64,000 nucleotides of DNA from a virus. Location: the IMG/VR virus record IMGVR_UViG_3300029982_000012. One strand, given 5' to 3'. The translations under genes were made by a program, and so were the position numbers. How positions within the stretch are numbered: position 1 is the stretch's first letter; every line of letters starts with the position of its first letter. Below, in pieces: positions 25,691 through 35,019 of this stretch. The notes beneath the pieces are model-generated. The model did not search any database. It saw nothing but the letters and a program-made list of their open reading frames with translations, and was not told the origin of the DNA.

Positions 25691-26596
25691 ATGATACAGG
25701 TTGATAGACCAGCACCAGAGAAACGCAAAATCAGTAGTAAAGACGATTTCGAATTATGTTACTTAAGACATCAGTATCTTCGTAAAGCTAAGGGCAATCC
25801 TAGTATTGAAGAGATGGCTCCTTACATGAAAATTGTTGAGAATCTCTCAAGAAAAACTTTCTTTACCTATTACAATCTGTTTAAAACCGTTGGGATGTAT
25901 CTAGATGACGTAACAAGCATTGGCCAAGTTCATTTGGTTTCTTTTTTAAATCTATTTACATTAGAAAAAATGGAAGAGAAAAACGATGAATGGATTGAAA
26001 AATGGCTGTTAAGACATGAAGGCAATCCTCCTGAACCTAAAGATTTCTTACAACAAAACAGGGCAAATTTTTCTATTTTTTATAAACAAAGAATGGAAGA
26101 TCTAGTAAGGATTTGTAAGAAAAAATTAAGAAATATTAAGGGTCAGTCATCAGAGGAATATTTGGCTTTTACAGGCAATTCTGAACTTCCACGATATCCA
26201 ACAAAATTAATTAAGAATTATGCGGATTATGGATTCAAAAAAATCGATTTTCCAACATTCAAATCAATTAGAAAAAAAGCGAATGTAAAAAACAGTGTAA
26301 CAGCCTTTCAATTCGATGAGTCCTGGTACATATGTTTTCCAATACAACAAAGGGATCTACAAATTGAAGATTTAATCGTTTCTGATGTCAATCCTTATTG
26401 TAATCTCTACAATAAACGCCCAGATCAGGTTTATAATGCCGATGAACTTCAAAAGTTCATGAATAGATTTGACAATAAGCCTAATGATAAAAAGGCGCTT
26501 ATTTTGAAGAAATTCATTGCAAAAAATAGAAATAAGAGCGAATATAGAAAAGAAGTGTCTACAGCCAAAAAACTTCTAAAATCAATCGGGGCGTAA
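25691..26596 (+). CDS. hypothetical protein, possible divergent sigma-factor-like (region 2)
   Basis: PYMKIVENLSRK...GMYLDDVTSIGQVHLVSFL...ANFSIFYKQRMEDLVR resembles sigma regions 2.1-2.4; AGGAG SD. Confidence 0.45.
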   Translation: MIQVDRPAPEKRKISSKDDFELCYLRHQYLRKAKGNPSIEEMAPYMKIVENLSRKTFFTYYNLFKTVGMYLDDVTSIGQVHLVSFLNLFTLEKMEEKNDEWIEKWLLRHEGNPPEPKDFLQQNRANFSIFYKQRMEDLVRICKKKLRNIKGQSSEEYLAFTGNSELPRYPTKLIKNYADYGFKKIDFPTFKSIRKKANVKNSVTAFQFDESWYICFPIQQRDLQIEDLIVSDVNPYCNLYNKRPDQVYNADELQKFMNRFDNKPNDKKALILKKFIAKNRNKSEYRKEVSTAKKLLKSIGA

Positions 26597-26597
26597 C

Positions 26598-27152
26598 GTG
26601 GAAGACGAAAAATTCTCAATAGAAGATATAATGCTAGCATGGAAGGAAAAGTATGGAGTTAACCGTACTTCTGAACGTGGCAAGCAATATACAGAAGTTT
26701 CAAGAACTGATCGAGAAGAACATTTCCACTATCTCTATTCTACTCTAATAGCATACGGATATACCCCTAAAGAAATTATTAAACCCCATGTATGCTTTTT
26801 CCTTGCCGAACTGTGTTGGTCAGAGGAAATTCAAAAACTTTCAAAAACTATAGTCGAAAGAAAACGAAAAGAAGAAATTAAGACCTGGAAAGGCATTGTT
26901 TTAGAAAAACAGATTAATTTCAGTGAAAATGCTCCTCCCAAGAAAATAGAGAAGCTATCTCCATCACTTACGGGAGGGTACAGGAATCCAGAAGAAGATA
27001 TCCCAGATTTGGAAGTAGCTCTTAAGCCAGTAAAATATATTGATGACGATCCAAAATACGATACATCTGATTTAGAGCCAATGCAAGTTAACGAAGATTT
27101 ATTGGCAGAATTAAATGCTATCAAGACAACTTTTAGGAACAGCAATGAGTAA
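26598..27152 (+). CDS. hypothetical protein
   Basis: Packed ORF upstream of the helicase. Confidence 0.7.
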   Translation: MEDEKFSIEDIMLAWKEKYGVNRTSERGKQYTEVSRTDREEHFHYLYSTLIAYGYTPKEIIKPHVCFFLAELCWSEEIQKLSKTIVERKRKEEIKTWKGIVLEKQINFSENAPPKKIEKLSPSLTGGYRNPEEDIPDLEVALKPVKYIDDDPKYDTSDLEPMQVNEDLLAELNAIKTTFRNSNE

Positions 27153-28287
27153 AGAGTTAGACGATTTTGATAAAAAACTAGTAATGGATAAGGAAAACGA
27201 TGAACGCAAAAAGAACGTTCAGGCGAAAGCCCTTATTTTACAAGAACATAGAGTTGAACGAGATCTCAATATTTTACAGCAAAATAAAGAAGAACTCGAA
27301 AAAGGTAAGAATGTAGATTTTTCGCACCTATCCAAAGAATATGTTGAGGGATTGATAAGTTCTAGTAATGAGTATATTGAGGCTGCAAAAAAATCTATGT
27401 CATTTATGAATGATAGTTTTAGAAAGATAGTCCCTTTTTTTAGAAAAAATCTTATTTTGATTGGAGCAGATACAGGAGACGGTAAATCAACAGCGGTAGC
27501 AAATATTATTTACTCTACTGTTACCAATATCAATCCAGCTACAGGAAAGCCAGGAAGAGTCCTTGTTCTATCTAACGAGGAAGCCCCAGAAGACTTCTAC
27601 AATCGTATTACGGCAGTACATTTAGGGTTAAAGTACACCAATCACAATGAAATTACAGGCGAAGAAAAAGATCAGTACGCTAAATTCATTCCACTTTGGT
27701 GTAAGAATGACACCCTATCCATTATCGGAGATACTTATCAGGGAATCTCTGGATGGACAACAACTCTTGAAGGTATCGAGAGAATCTTTACGAGTTTACT
27801 CGAAAGCGGTAACCCTCCAGATGTAGTTATTCTTGATTATTACCAAAACGTAAAGGTATCTAGGAATAATACCGATTTAGATCAGTACAAAGTTCAGGCA
27901 ATGTTTGCCGCATTTCTAGATAAAATGAAGTTAGTTTATCCAGGCCCGATTGTCGTAATGGCTCAAATGAAACGATTAGTTAACGAAGAAGATACTACCC
28001 CATTCAACGTGCGATTAAAGGGAAGCAAAGAAATATGCGATAAGGCCACTTTCATTGCTGAAATTTCTCCAGAGCGTGCTTATTTGAGAAGTAAATGGAA
28101 AGTGTGGAAGAGCCGATTTAATGATTCTGTAGGCGAAACTATTTATGTAGGATATGAACGTGGTAAGTTCGTTAAATACGACGAAAAATTTCAATTAAGA
28201 GTGGCCAAAATAGTACAAGAAAATTTAGAGAAGAAATACAAAAGTGACATAGGCTTGCCTAAAAAAGACGAAAAGAGTGAAGAATAA
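27145..28287 (+). CDS. DnaB-like (SF4) replicative helicase
   Basis: LILIGADTGDGKS, SNEE, ILDYYQ, MAQ, LKGSKEI, KSRF. Confidence 0.85.
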   Translation: MSKELDDFDKKLVMDKENDERKKNVQAKALILQEHRVERDLNILQQNKEELEKGKNVDFSHLSKEYVEGLISSSNEYIEAAKKSMSFMNDSFRKIVPFFRKNLILIGADTGDGKSTAVANIIYSTVTNINPATGKPGRVLVLSNEEAPEDFYNRITAVHLGLKYTNHNEITGEEKDQYAKFIPLWCKNDTLSIIGDTYQGISGWTTTLEGIERIFTSLLESGNPPDVVILDYYQNVKVSRNNTDLDQYKVQAMFAAFLDKMKLVYPGPIVVMAQMKRLVNEEDTTPFNVRLKGSKEICDKATFIAEISPERAYLRSKWKVWKSRFNDSVGETIYVGYERGKFVKYDEKFQLRVAKIVQENLEKKYKSDIGLPKKDEKSEE

Positions 28288-28454
28288 TGTGTGTTGTGTG
28301 CGTGTTATGGGAAAAAGAGAAATTAACGAATAAAGAGGCATTGTCCGCTTTATTTGAAATGGTTGAAAACAAAGATGTAAGCGATCAACATATTGAAGAA
28401 GTTTACATTAAAATAAGTGAAAAAGAGGAGAAAGAAAATGGAATACAAGACTAG
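28287..28454 (+). CDS. small hypothetical protein (55 aa, CxxC)
   Basis: Below the cutoff; TAATG-coupled to the helicase: MCVVCVLWEKEKLTNKEALSAL... Confidence 0.55.
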   Translation: MCVVCVLWEKEKLTNKEALSALFEMVENKDVSDQHIEEVYIKISEKEEKENGIQD

Positions 28455-28836
28455 ACAGGAATTAAATGAATTGTCACTAAAAGCTTTTGGGGCATCTTCG
28501 CGTTGGCAGAAGTTTGTCAATAGGGGGGTACCACAACTTTACGAACGCGATCGTGAAGTGGTCTTGGCCGACCAAATGGGTAAATTAGGAAAGAAAGTAT
28601 TTACAGATCAAAAAGTTGTAATTCATCGTTTTACCGTTGAAGAAGTTAAAAAGCATATGATGCAAATATTGGAAGATAGACATACACGAGAAAAACTTCA
28701 GAAAGAAATTGCAGAACAACAAGCCTTAGAAGCAACACAGAAAGATTTAGAGGCAGCATCAAAAGATAGCGCTGGGCAGAAGTTAATAGTGGATCCAACT
28801 ACATTTACTGCTTTACAAGAATTAGCTAAAAAATAA
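28438..28836 (+). CDS. hypothetical protein
   Basis: GAGGAG SD before ATG 28438. Confidence 0.7.
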   Translation: MEYKTRQELNELSLKAFGASSRWQKFVNRGVPQLYERDREVVLADQMGKLGKKVFTDQKVVIHRFTVEEVKKHMMQILEDRHTREKLQKEIAEQQALEATQKDLEAASKDSAGQKLIVDPTTFTALQELAKK

Positions 28837-28838
28837 GT

Positions 28839-29699
28839 ATGAATGAAAAGACACAAGATTTTTTTAAATTGCTATTTAATGCAAATGAAAAAGTTTGTGT
28901 CCAGAATTCTCTTTATGCGACCGAGCCAGTTCCATTAGAAGAAGTGTTGGGGGGTAAGGTTACACTTATCCCCAAGGATCCTAAATACACCAAAATCGTA
29001 AATAGCGATAAGTTAATAATGGTAGCTCTAAATCCAATGAAAGGATTTAGGTGCGATGAAGGTGTGGATAAATTTAGATCCTTTTTGGTTGAATTAGATG
29101 TTGGCACCCTAAAAGAGCAGATCAACACGATCAATCACCTAAAAATGCCTTTTACGGCCCAAGTATTTAGTGGAAATAAGTCTATCCATACCGTAATTAC
29201 CCTAGACGAGGATCTAAAGGATAGGACTCAATATGGTTTGATTGCGCAATGGATCTTTGCTATAATAACTACTGCTGATAAGGCTTGTGCCAATCCATCT
29301 AGGTGTGTTAGGATCCCAGAAGTATTCCGAGAACCGGGTAAAAGGCAAAGACTGGTTCGATTAAAGAAAAGGGTAAGTCACAAAGAACTCTTCGCTTGGC
29401 TTCATAAATGGCCTCACTTATCCCCTAAGTTAAAAACTAAGAGGGCTATTCCTGAAGGCGAGGGTGACTACGACAAACTTTCTACATGGGCTAAATACCA
29501 ACTCAAGAACGGTATAGTTTTTAAGAACGGGCGTAATCAGACTTGGTTCGCTTTGGCCTACGATTTTGCTTTAGCTGGGTACTCAGAAGACGACGCTACT
29601 GCCGAATTAAGCAAATATTATCAAGAAGAAAGAGATTTTAAGGAAAAAGAATGGTTAAGCGCTATAGCAAGCGCATTTAAAAGCATTGATAAAAAATAA
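28839..29699 (+). CDS. AEP-type (RepB-like) DNA primase with PriCT-like C-terminal domain
   Basis: FLVELD, VFSGNKSIH, DKACANPSRCVRIP; GRNQTWFALAYDF helical C-terminal domain. Confidence 0.75.
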   Translation: MNEKTQDFFKLLFNANEKVCVQNSLYATEPVPLEEVLGGKVTLIPKDPKYTKIVNSDKLIMVALNPMKGFRCDEGVDKFRSFLVELDVGTLKEQINTINHLKMPFTAQVFSGNKSIHTVITLDEDLKDRTQYGLIAQWIFAIITTADKACANPSRCVRIPEVFREPGKRQRLVRLKKRVSHKELFAWLHKWPHLSPKLKTKRAIPEGEGDYDKLSTWAKYQLKNGIVFKNGRNQTWFALAYDFALAGYSEDDATAELSKYYQEERDFKEKEWLSAIASAFKSIDKK

Positions 29700-29701
29700 A
29701 C

Positions 29702-29730
29702 TTGCTTAAATTTTTCAAAAATGGTATATT
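29702..29730 (+). promoter_or_regulatory. sigma-70-type promoter
   Basis: TTGCTT-17-TATATT, then GAGGG SD and ATG 29753. Confidence 0.55.
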
Positions 29731-29752
29731 GGTACTAACTAGAGGGAAACCG

Positions 29753-30874
29753 ATGCAAGAATTGTTCACTTTCGATGATGTCCTAATTGTTCCAAAATTC
29801 TCAACGATTTCAAGTAGAAAAGACGTAGATCTACGTGTATCTACTAATCATAAGGTATTCCGTGATATCGGATGTAATTTCCCAGTAATTTCGGCTAATA
29901 TGGACACTATTACCGATGTAAAAATGGCTCATGCTATGTTAAATTACGGTGCCCAAGCATGCCTTCATAGATTTTGTACAATTGAAGAAAACGCCAAAAT
30001 GTTCGACGAAGCTATGATCATCGAGGATATGGAATGTATTTACAGGCCTATGGTTTCTGTTGGTATTGGCGACCATGAATTCGAAAGAGCTGAAGCGTTG
30101 TATTGCATGGGTGCCATTGTATTTATAGTCGATGTTGCTCACGGTGCTCAAGAAGCAGTTCTGAATCAAGTAAAAAGGTTGAGAGAACGTTTCCGAGATA
30201 ACGCTGCCATAATCGTTGGTAATTTCGCAACAGGCGAAAGCCTTAAGCCATTTTTAGGCCAAGTATCAATTGACGGATTTAAGGTAGGTATTGGTCCAGG
30301 TAGTGCGTGTACTACTCGTATTAAGACCGGTGTAGGTTATCCTCAACTATCAGCCGTGACTAGCGTAGTAAATGCTTTAGAAGGCACAGGAATCCCAACC
30401 ATTGCAGATGGGGGAATGAAGACTCCGGGAGACATCGCTAAAGCTTTGGGTGCTGGGGCTAGTCTGGTAATGCTTGGCGGAATGCTTGCTGGAACTGATG
30501 AAACGCCAGGAGATGTAGTGTATATTCATGAAGGGACTTCTGAGATGCTTACCAAAGAACAATTTGAAAATGGTATTGCTGGTGGCTATCTTAGGCCTAA
30601 CTGGAAAGCTCTAAAGAAATACCGTGGATCAGCCTCCAAAGAAGCTTACGATTCTCAAGGCAAGACCGGCACACACAGGACTACTGAAGGTGAATCCTTC
30701 CTTGTGCCATACAAAGGATCAGTAAAAGATGTTTTGGACGATATTCAGGGGGGCTTACGAAGCGCATTTTCCTATGTGGGCGCTAAAAACCTAGAAGAAT
30801 TTCACGCAAGAGTTGAATTCGTTAGAATTAGTCGTGCCACAAGAACAGAAAATGGATCGCACTGGCGCACTTAA
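29753..30874 (+). CDS. IMPDH/GMP reductase family enzyme (CBS-less; GMP-reductase-like)
   Basis: [46 protein letters not shown]. Confidence 0.92.
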   Translation: MQELFTFDDVLIVPKFSTISSRKDVDLRVSTNHKVFRDIGCNFPVISANMDTITDVKMAHAMLNYGAQACLHRFCTIEENAKMFDEAMIIEDMECIYRPMVSVGIGDHEFERAEALYCMGAIVFIVDVAHGAQEAVLNQVKRLRERFRDNAAIIVGNFATGESLKPFLGQVSIDGFKVGIGPGSACTTRIKTGVGYPQLSAVTSVVNALEGTGIPTIADGGMKTPGDIAKALGAGASLVMLGGMLAGTDETPGDVVYIHEGTSEMLTKEQFENGIAGGYLRPNWKALKKYRGSASKEAYDSQGKTGTHRTTEGESFLVPYKGSVKDVLDDIQGGLRSAFSYVGAKNLEEFHARVEFVRISRATRTENGSHWRT

Positions 30875-30882
30875 GGGATGTT

Positions 30883-31416
30883 ATGATTAGAGATGAAGAA
30901 TTAAGCCGTTTAACGAAATACGCACAAGGAATGGGCGTTAAAGTATCGTTTAGTGGTCAAAAATCGGGAGATGCCGGTGGATGGCTCTTAGACGGTTCTG
31001 AAATTCTTATTTATAAAAAACATCAAAGTTCTAAAACTGAAACCGTTATATCTCTAATACATGAGATAGCCCACCACCTATGGTTTATCCATGAAAAGAA
31101 TAGGCAACCAGATTTAAAATTCGAAGATGCCATCCATAGGCAGAATTTATTTGAAGATGAAATCTATGAAACTCCAGCCCCAAAGACTTTAAGGAAAAAG
31201 ATTTACGATGTTGAGGTAGCTGGAACCCAATATTGGGAAACCATATACAAAGAAACGAATTTAAAGTTTCCAAAATGGAAATTGTATGCGTCCATGGAAT
31301 TTGATACCTGGATGTATGAAGTTTATTATGAAACAGGAGAATTTCCGAATAGGAAAGAGAAAATAGAAAAAAATAAGGAAATCAACAATAAGCATAAAAA
31401 TGTTAAATATGAATGA
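30883..31416 (+). CDS. HEXXH zinc-metallopeptidase-like protein (ImmA/IrrE-like)
   Basis: SLIHEIAHH with downstream E (DVEVAG). Confidence 0.6.
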   Translation: MIRDEELSRLTKYAQGMGVKVSFSGQKSGDAGGWLLDGSEILIYKKHQSSKTETVISLIHEIAHHLWFIHEKNRQPDLKFEDAIHRQNLFEDEIYETPAPKTLRKKIYDVEVAGTQYWETIYKETNLKFPKWKLYASMEFDTWMYEVYYETGEFPNRKEKIEKNKEINNKHKNVKYE

Positions 31417-31423
31417 AAAAGAC

Positions 31424-31452
31424 TTGTATTTAACACAATAGCGTGCTAGTAT
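31424..31452 (+). promoter_or_regulatory. sigma-70-type promoter (leaderless)
   Basis: TTGTAT-17-TAGTAT, 6 nt before ATG 31459. Confidence 0.6.
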
Positions 31453-31458
31453 ACTATT

Positions 31459-32046
31459 ATGGCCGAAGAACATAAATTTCTTGAAATAGAATGCAAGTAT
31501 AATGGAGATGACATCAACCGCATCGCCTTTAAGGATTTGGCCAAAAGTTTAAACCCTAAAAGTTTTATCTATGTAGAATCCAAAGATGTCTACTATGTCA
31601 GACAAGAAAACGAATTTCTAAGGTATAGAATGGCCGCCGAAAATAAAATGGGTGGTGAAGACGAACATCGTTCAGAACTTACTTTTAAAAAGAAACATAT
31701 TGATCAAAACAATTGGGTTCGCACTGAAGTGAATTTGAGAATTGACAAGAATGATCCAGCATTAATCGTAGCGTTTTGCGAAGGACTTGGTTACATTAAA
31801 AATTTTAGTATCGATAAGGCCTGCGATATCTACTTCTTTGATGATGCAGACATTGTTTATTATACCGTAAAGAATGAAGATGGCAAATACGCTACATTCG
31901 TTGAGATTGAAGCCGGTGAAAATATCGGAATGACCACAGAACAAGCTTGGGAAGTCATTTTAAAGTACGAAAAACTACTTGCCCCACTCGGTATTACGGC
32001 ACAAAAGAGAAAACGACTGTCTCTATTTGAGATGTATAAAAAGTAA
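31459..32046 (+). CDS. CYTH domain protein (class IV adenylate cyclase/triphosphatase fold)
   Basis: EIECK (ExExK), DVYY, LRYR, ELTFK, RTEVN, FVEIE. Confidence 0.85.
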   Translation: MAEEHKFLEIECKYNGDDINRIAFKDLAKSLNPKSFIYVESKDVYYVRQENEFLRYRMAAENKMGGEDEHRSELTFKKKHIDQNNWVRTEVNLRIDKNDPALIVAFCEGLGYIKNFSIDKACDIYFFDDADIVYYTVKNEDGKYATFVEIEAGENIGMTTEQAWEVILKYEKLLAPLGITAQKRKRLSLFEMYKK

Positions 32047-32047
32047 T

Positions 32048-32104
32048 ATGGTGTTTTTCTTGATGTTACTATTTATTGATTTGTTAATCACTATTTTTCT
32101 ATGA
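32048..32104 (+). CDS. putative 18-aa hydrophobic micropeptide
   Basis: MVFFLMLLFIDLLITIFL fills the gap; starts 1 nt after the CYTH stop and is ATGA-coupled to the next gene. Confidence 0.45.
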   Translation: MVFFLMLLFIDLLITIFL

Positions 32105-32403
32105 AAACTTACTACGATTCTAAACTTAGACCAATCCATAAAGGTGACGTACTAAAAGTATTTCATTTTACTGGCTCTAGAAACAAGAAATACTATATGT
32201 ACAAGGTCGTAATGGATTTTGGATATGACTTTCTTTTTGGGGTAAGCCTTTCAGATGTTGGGTTAAAGGATTTGAAAGAATGCCATAAATACCCAATTAG
32301 TTATGGTGCTGATGGGCGTAATGTAATTGAAGGAACAGAAATAGTAGAAGGGTTCCATGGTGGAGACTTCGAAGACAGAGAAAGGCTAGAAAATGGAAAA
32401 TAA
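32101..32403 (+). CDS. hypothetical protein (YopX-like N-terminus)
   Basis: YYDSKLRPIHKGDVLKV. Confidence 0.6.
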   Translation: MKTYYDSKLRPIHKGDVLKVFHFTGSRNKKYYMYKVVMDFGYDFLFGVSLSDVGLKDLKECHKYPISYGADGRNVIEGTEIVEGFHGGDFEDRERLENGK

Positions 32404-32680
32404 TATTTATCAGATCTCAGCTCGAATTAAGAATGCGGCTGCTAAAAACGATCACGCGTTTTCAGCCCAGGGAATGGCTCTTTGTAATATGTATACCCAT
32501 GTGATTAAGGCTCTATATGACTTTTCAGACACTTTGGAAGACAGGGATGCCGCCGCTAGATTGAATGATGTCATTTTAAAGCAAGAAGACTTCCCAGCAA
32601 AGCTTTTAGATTTATTTGTTCCAGTACAGGAAAAGATAGAAGAAATCGACTTACTGGGAATCGATGATGACGAAGCGTAA
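32393..32680 (+). CDS. hypothetical protein
   Basis: Packed ORF. Confidence 0.65.
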   Translation: MENNIYQISARIKNAAAKNDHAFSAQGMALCNMYTHVIKALYDFSDTLEDRDAAARLNDVILKQEDFPAKLLDLFVPVQEKIEEIDLLGIDDDEA

Positions 32681-33047
32681 AGCCATTCCTAAGAAGATTA
32701 GGGATCAAGTAAAAGCAAAATACAATGGTCATTGCGGCTATTGCGGTACAAAGCCTGAAAAGCTTCAAGTAGACCACATTATTCCCCATGCTAGATCTCA
32801 TCAGCATGCCCGAAAAGGTGTGGATTTGGACGCCATTGAAAATTTAATGCCAGCATGCGCTCAATGCAACAACTACAAGATCAGCTACTCCCTAGAAGAA
32901 TTTAGGTCCTTGGTTACTCGTCAAGTAGAATTGGCCAGGAAATCTAGTGTGAATTTTAGAACCGCAGAACGTTTCGGTTTACTTCAAGTAAAGCCAGTAG
33001 AAAGAGTAGTGTTTTTCTTTGAACTATCAGTAGGGTACGCAACATGA
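32664..33047 (+). CDS. HNH endonuclease
   Basis: CGYCG...VDHIIP...NLMPACAQCNNYK. Confidence 0.9.
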   Translation: MMTKRKAIPKKIRDQVKAKYNGHCGYCGTKPEKLQVDHIIPHARSHQHARKGVDLDAIENLMPACAQCNNYKISYSLEEFRSLVTRQVELARKSSVNFRTAERFGLLQVKPVERVVFFFELSVGYAT

Positions 33048-33325
33048 CATATCGTAAATGTAGAAATCCTCATCCTACCCCAGAAGGTGAAGAGCCAATT
33101 ACTGAGGCCGAGATCATTGAGATGGCTATCAAATGTTTTGGTTGGGATCGCAAGAAGGTAAAGAGCTGGTACCTTAAAGAGAACCCAAGACTACGTAAAG
33201 CTAGACCCTCAGAATTGGTTGATCGTGGACAGGGACATCTCGTGGTGGAATTTTTGAAACTTAAGAACGAAGAGCGGTTAGCCAACGAAAGAGCTGACCA
33301 GAAGAGGAAAGATGACAAAATTTGA
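33044..33325 (+). CDS. MbcA/ParS/Xre-type antitoxin C-terminal domain protein (orphan)
   Basis: FGWDRKKVKSWYLKENPRLRKARPSELVDRGQGHLVVEFL resembles FGDEEKARxWLxxPNxALGGxRPxDLL..G...V..L. Confidence 0.7.
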   Translation: MTYRKCRNPHPTPEGEEPITEAEIIEMAIKCFGWDRKKVKSWYLKENPRLRKARPSELVDRGQGHLVVEFLKLKNEERLANERADQKRKDDKI

Positions 33326-34310
33326 CTTGGGTTGGGGAGAATCGGTTGCAGTAAGAAAAGCTTTCGTAGAAGCATCTGGAAATTTCTTTATACCTTTCAA
33401 TAACAAAGATATTGTGGAAATGGGATATACTCCTCATGAAGGAGATCCCGCCATGATTGAGGCCACACGTAAGGTTATAGAGCGTCAGACTGGTATTCGG
33501 TACGATTACATAGTTCTGACACACGGAGCCACAGGCGGCCTTCACGTTGCTCTAAATGCCCTCAAACAGCAGGTGAGATACGAATCAGTTGTCACTGCAC
33601 CAGCACCTTTCTTTAGAATGTATCCTAGCATCATTAAAAGTGCAGGATTTGAGCATGAAGAAGAAGTTAATTTCTCTAAGATCGACCGAAGTGCTGTCAT
33701 ATTAGTAGATTCTCCTAGCAATCCTATCGGTAATTTGTGGACTGGAGACCTTGGAATGGTCAGGACAGACAATAAGATGGTGGTTTGGGATTCCGTGTAT
33801 CATACAGGTTCCTATCTCCCTAAAATCCATTTACCGCCTCCAAATCATGTCTTGAATGTAGGCAGTTTTAGTAAGATGACCGGCATAAATGGCATTAGAG
33901 TAGGTTGGGTAGCGACCAACAACGGATCTCTCTATGAGCGCCTCAAAGAATGTGTTGCCACAGAATATTGCGGACTAAGCAGTGCCCAGAATCGCATCAT
34001 TTTGGACTTAGTAAAACATTGCGACTGGGATGCTTTCGAACAGGGTGCAAGGCGCAAGTTAGATGGAAATCGCGAAGAATGGTCTAAATTAGAGAAATAC
34101 TTTGGGGACACAACCGTTTACCCAATTGGCATGTTTTATTATAGTAGAGCAGATCAGTCATGTAAAGATCTTCTAGATAGAGCGGGTATTACATATTTTC
34201 CTGGCTCAAAACTTTACCACAATGATGATTTCATAAGAATCAATTTAGGCCAAGATGTAGAGTTAGTCAGAGATGCTGTAAAGGCTATTTTGGCGGAGGA
34301 TAAGATATGA
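33312..34310 (+). CDS. PLP-dependent aminotransferase class I/II
   Basis: THGATGGL, DSPSNPIG, WDSVY, GSFSKMTGINGIRVGW (PLP lysine), FIRIN. Confidence 0.9.
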   Translation: MTKFDLGWGESVAVRKAFVEASGNFFIPFNNKDIVEMGYTPHEGDPAMIEATRKVIERQTGIRYDYIVLTHGATGGLHVALNALKQQVRYESVVTAPAPFFRMYPSIIKSAGFEHEEEVNFSKIDRSAVILVDSPSNPIGNLWTGDLGMVRTDNKMVVWDSVYHTGSYLPKIHLPPPNHVLNVGSFSKMTGINGIRVGWVATNNGSLYERLKECVATEYCGLSSAQNRIILDLVKHCDWDAFEQGARRKLDGNREEWSKLEKYFGDTTVYPIGMFYYSRADQSCKDLLDRAGITYFPGSKLYHNDDFIRINLGQDVELVRDAVKAILAEDKI

Positions 34311-34738
34311 GTGAAGATATTCCAGAAGGCGTAAAACAAATAATGGGCTCCCTTAACGAATTTAGTCAGCAGTTTGAAGAACATCGAAAGCCAAAAGAAA
34401 AATTGGTTCGAGATAATATGACAGAACTTTGCAACTCAACACCTGGTATGACACCAATGACATATCGTGTGGCTTCCGAAGAGGAAATGTACGGCCTTCT
34501 AATGAATAAACTATATGAAGAAGTTGGAGAACTTGGGCACTTAATTTTCCATGAGCGCGGTAAGGGTACGAAGACTCTTCACGATCTAGGCGAAGAATTA
34601 GCCGATGTCAAAGAAGTTCTAGAAGCAATTGCTGTAAGTGCTGGCTTGTTTCCTACTGACATTGAAATTATCCAAAATGAGAAGAAAGCCAAAAAAGGCG
34701 CATTCAAGAAACGTATCGTATGGGATGGCAATTTATGA
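34307..34738 (+). CDS. MazG-like NTP pyrophosphohydrolase (HisE-like)
   Basis: KLVRD...KLYEEVGEL...EELADVKEV...KKGAFKK. Confidence 0.85.
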   Translation: MSEDIPEGVKQIMGSLNEFSQQFEEHRKPKEKLVRDNMTELCNSTPGMTPMTYRVASEEEMYGLLMNKLYEEVGELGHLIFHERGKGTKTLHDLGEELADVKEVLEAIAVSAGLFPTDIEIIQNEKKAKKGAFKKRIVWDGNL

Positions 34739-35019
34739 GTTGGTATAAAGACAGAGATTTTCCAGAATTAAAAAGAGATGTACACAACGAGCCTAGCGAA
34801 ATCTTAGCTATTATTCCCAATCCAAAAGAATTAGATGCGGTCATTAAGGCTCATAATGATGAGGTTTTACAACTCCTAAATCTTGCTGAGGAATGGCGAG
34901 ATGCTTATAACGATGAGACTAAAAGATTAAAGATTGAAAATGTTCATCTCAAACAAACAATTGAAGATTTAGAATATGATTTTAATGCCAGAATAAGAGA
35001 AAGAGAAGATGATAACTGA
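34735..35019 (+). CDS. hypothetical coiled-coil protein
   Basis: ATGA-coupled. Confidence 0.65.
   Translation: MSWYKDRDFPELKRDVHNEPSEILAIIPNPKELDAVIKAHNDEVLQLLNLAEEWRDAYNDETKRLKIENVHLKQTIEDLEYDFNARIREREDDN

Noticed and set aside
29753-34738. Z-base (2-aminoadenine) or 7-deazaguanine pathway
   Set aside because: A MazG-like gene is present, but no PurZ, DatZ-like HD enzyme, FolE/QueCDE or DpdA is recognisable in the window.
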